Source: Azolla caroliniana (Eukaryota; Plantae; Polypodiophyta). From it: 64,000 bases of DNA. The stretch covers positions 12,400,001-12,464,000 of the forward strand of contig JBHGNT010000009.1 in assembly GCA_043228905.1 (NCBI GenBank). The letters run 5' to 3'. Shown piece after piece: positions 63,330 through 64,000 of the stretch (its first letter is position 1; each line of letters begins with the position of its first letter). The position numbers and the translations under genes are program-made. Below the pieces are notes generated by a model. The model was not told the origin of the DNA. It searched no databases and saw only the letters and a program-made list of their open reading frames with translations.

Positions 63330-64000
63330 AATATGTCGCGTTGTTACGTGCGTGCGTGGAGAAAGGCGGGACCACGGGGGTCTTGGGCGAGAGAGTGATG
63401 GAGCGTAGAGAGTCATGCTTCACTGTTTCTGGGGCATCCCAAAAACACACCGGAAGCAACCAAAGGGGGAGAGAGAGAGAGAGCGTGCTTAACACCGACT
63501 CACGCCTTATGTACAGAAAACGCAAGAGAGGGTAAGCACCCGACGCCAACAACGACGCGAATATACACAGACAAACATAAACGTATATGTATGTATATAT
63601 ATACGAAGAATACATTCCCGGCTTCGAGCCGGACTGAGGTGGGTTACAGTAGTCGTCTGCTACCAAGCTGCCGTCGGGGAGCTCTTAGCTCGTCGCGCCG
63701 AGCGGGGTTTTGCACAGGAGGCCGAACCAAAGCAAACCCTAAGAGAAACACGAAGCAGGAGAAGAAGAAGAACCTAACTCTAAACCTAACGGTATAGCCT
63801 CTATTGCAAAATGCGCAACCCTTTTCCAAAGGGCGTTCCCTTCCTTTTATAGAACAAGGAAGGGGATGCGCTACAATGTGGGACAAATCCCGCCTTCCAT
63901 GGGATCGTCTGCCTGGTCTTGACTACTCTTCGGCGCCATAAAGGCACCCTCGATATTCACACTAAATGTACATGGGTGCGTACACACGCTGCACCCCGCC

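Larger units (their letters stand above)
59300..64000 (-). mobile_element. Non-autonomous gag-only LTR element N of the tRNA-Trp Gypsy clan
   Basis: 3' LTR 59300-60069, 5' LTR from 63334 past the window end, PPT GGTGGGGGCAGA, PBS 63312-63329; no pol motifs found in the 3.2-kb interior. Confidence 0.9.

Overview
Eukaryotic (land-plant-like) intergenic DNA made almost entirely of nested LTR retrotransposons; no host gene, RNA gene or CRISPR array is supported. I label the elements A-N. Copia elements: near-intact A (1-4867); recent complete M (53166-58708); older complete K; fragments B, C, F, H, J, L. Gypsy elements: complete chromovirus G (19020-26102); Athila/Tat-like E, with a long extra ORF after integrase; and several members of one distinctive clan (D, D2, D3, N, two solo LTRs). 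The clan is the main signal: TGTCG...CGACA termini, a tRNA-Trp primer-binding site, 4-bp target duplications with CpG at the centre in all six insertions, a G-GAT-TTT-TAG candidate -1 frameshift between protease and RT, a conserved U5 motif in otherwise unrelated LTRs, and a gag-only non-autonomous member. Three nested elements (B, C, D) are split into halves on opposite strands about 35 kb apart, which implies a large inversion or an assembly misjoin near 14.0 kb. All comparisons were made by eye; lineage names need database confirmation.
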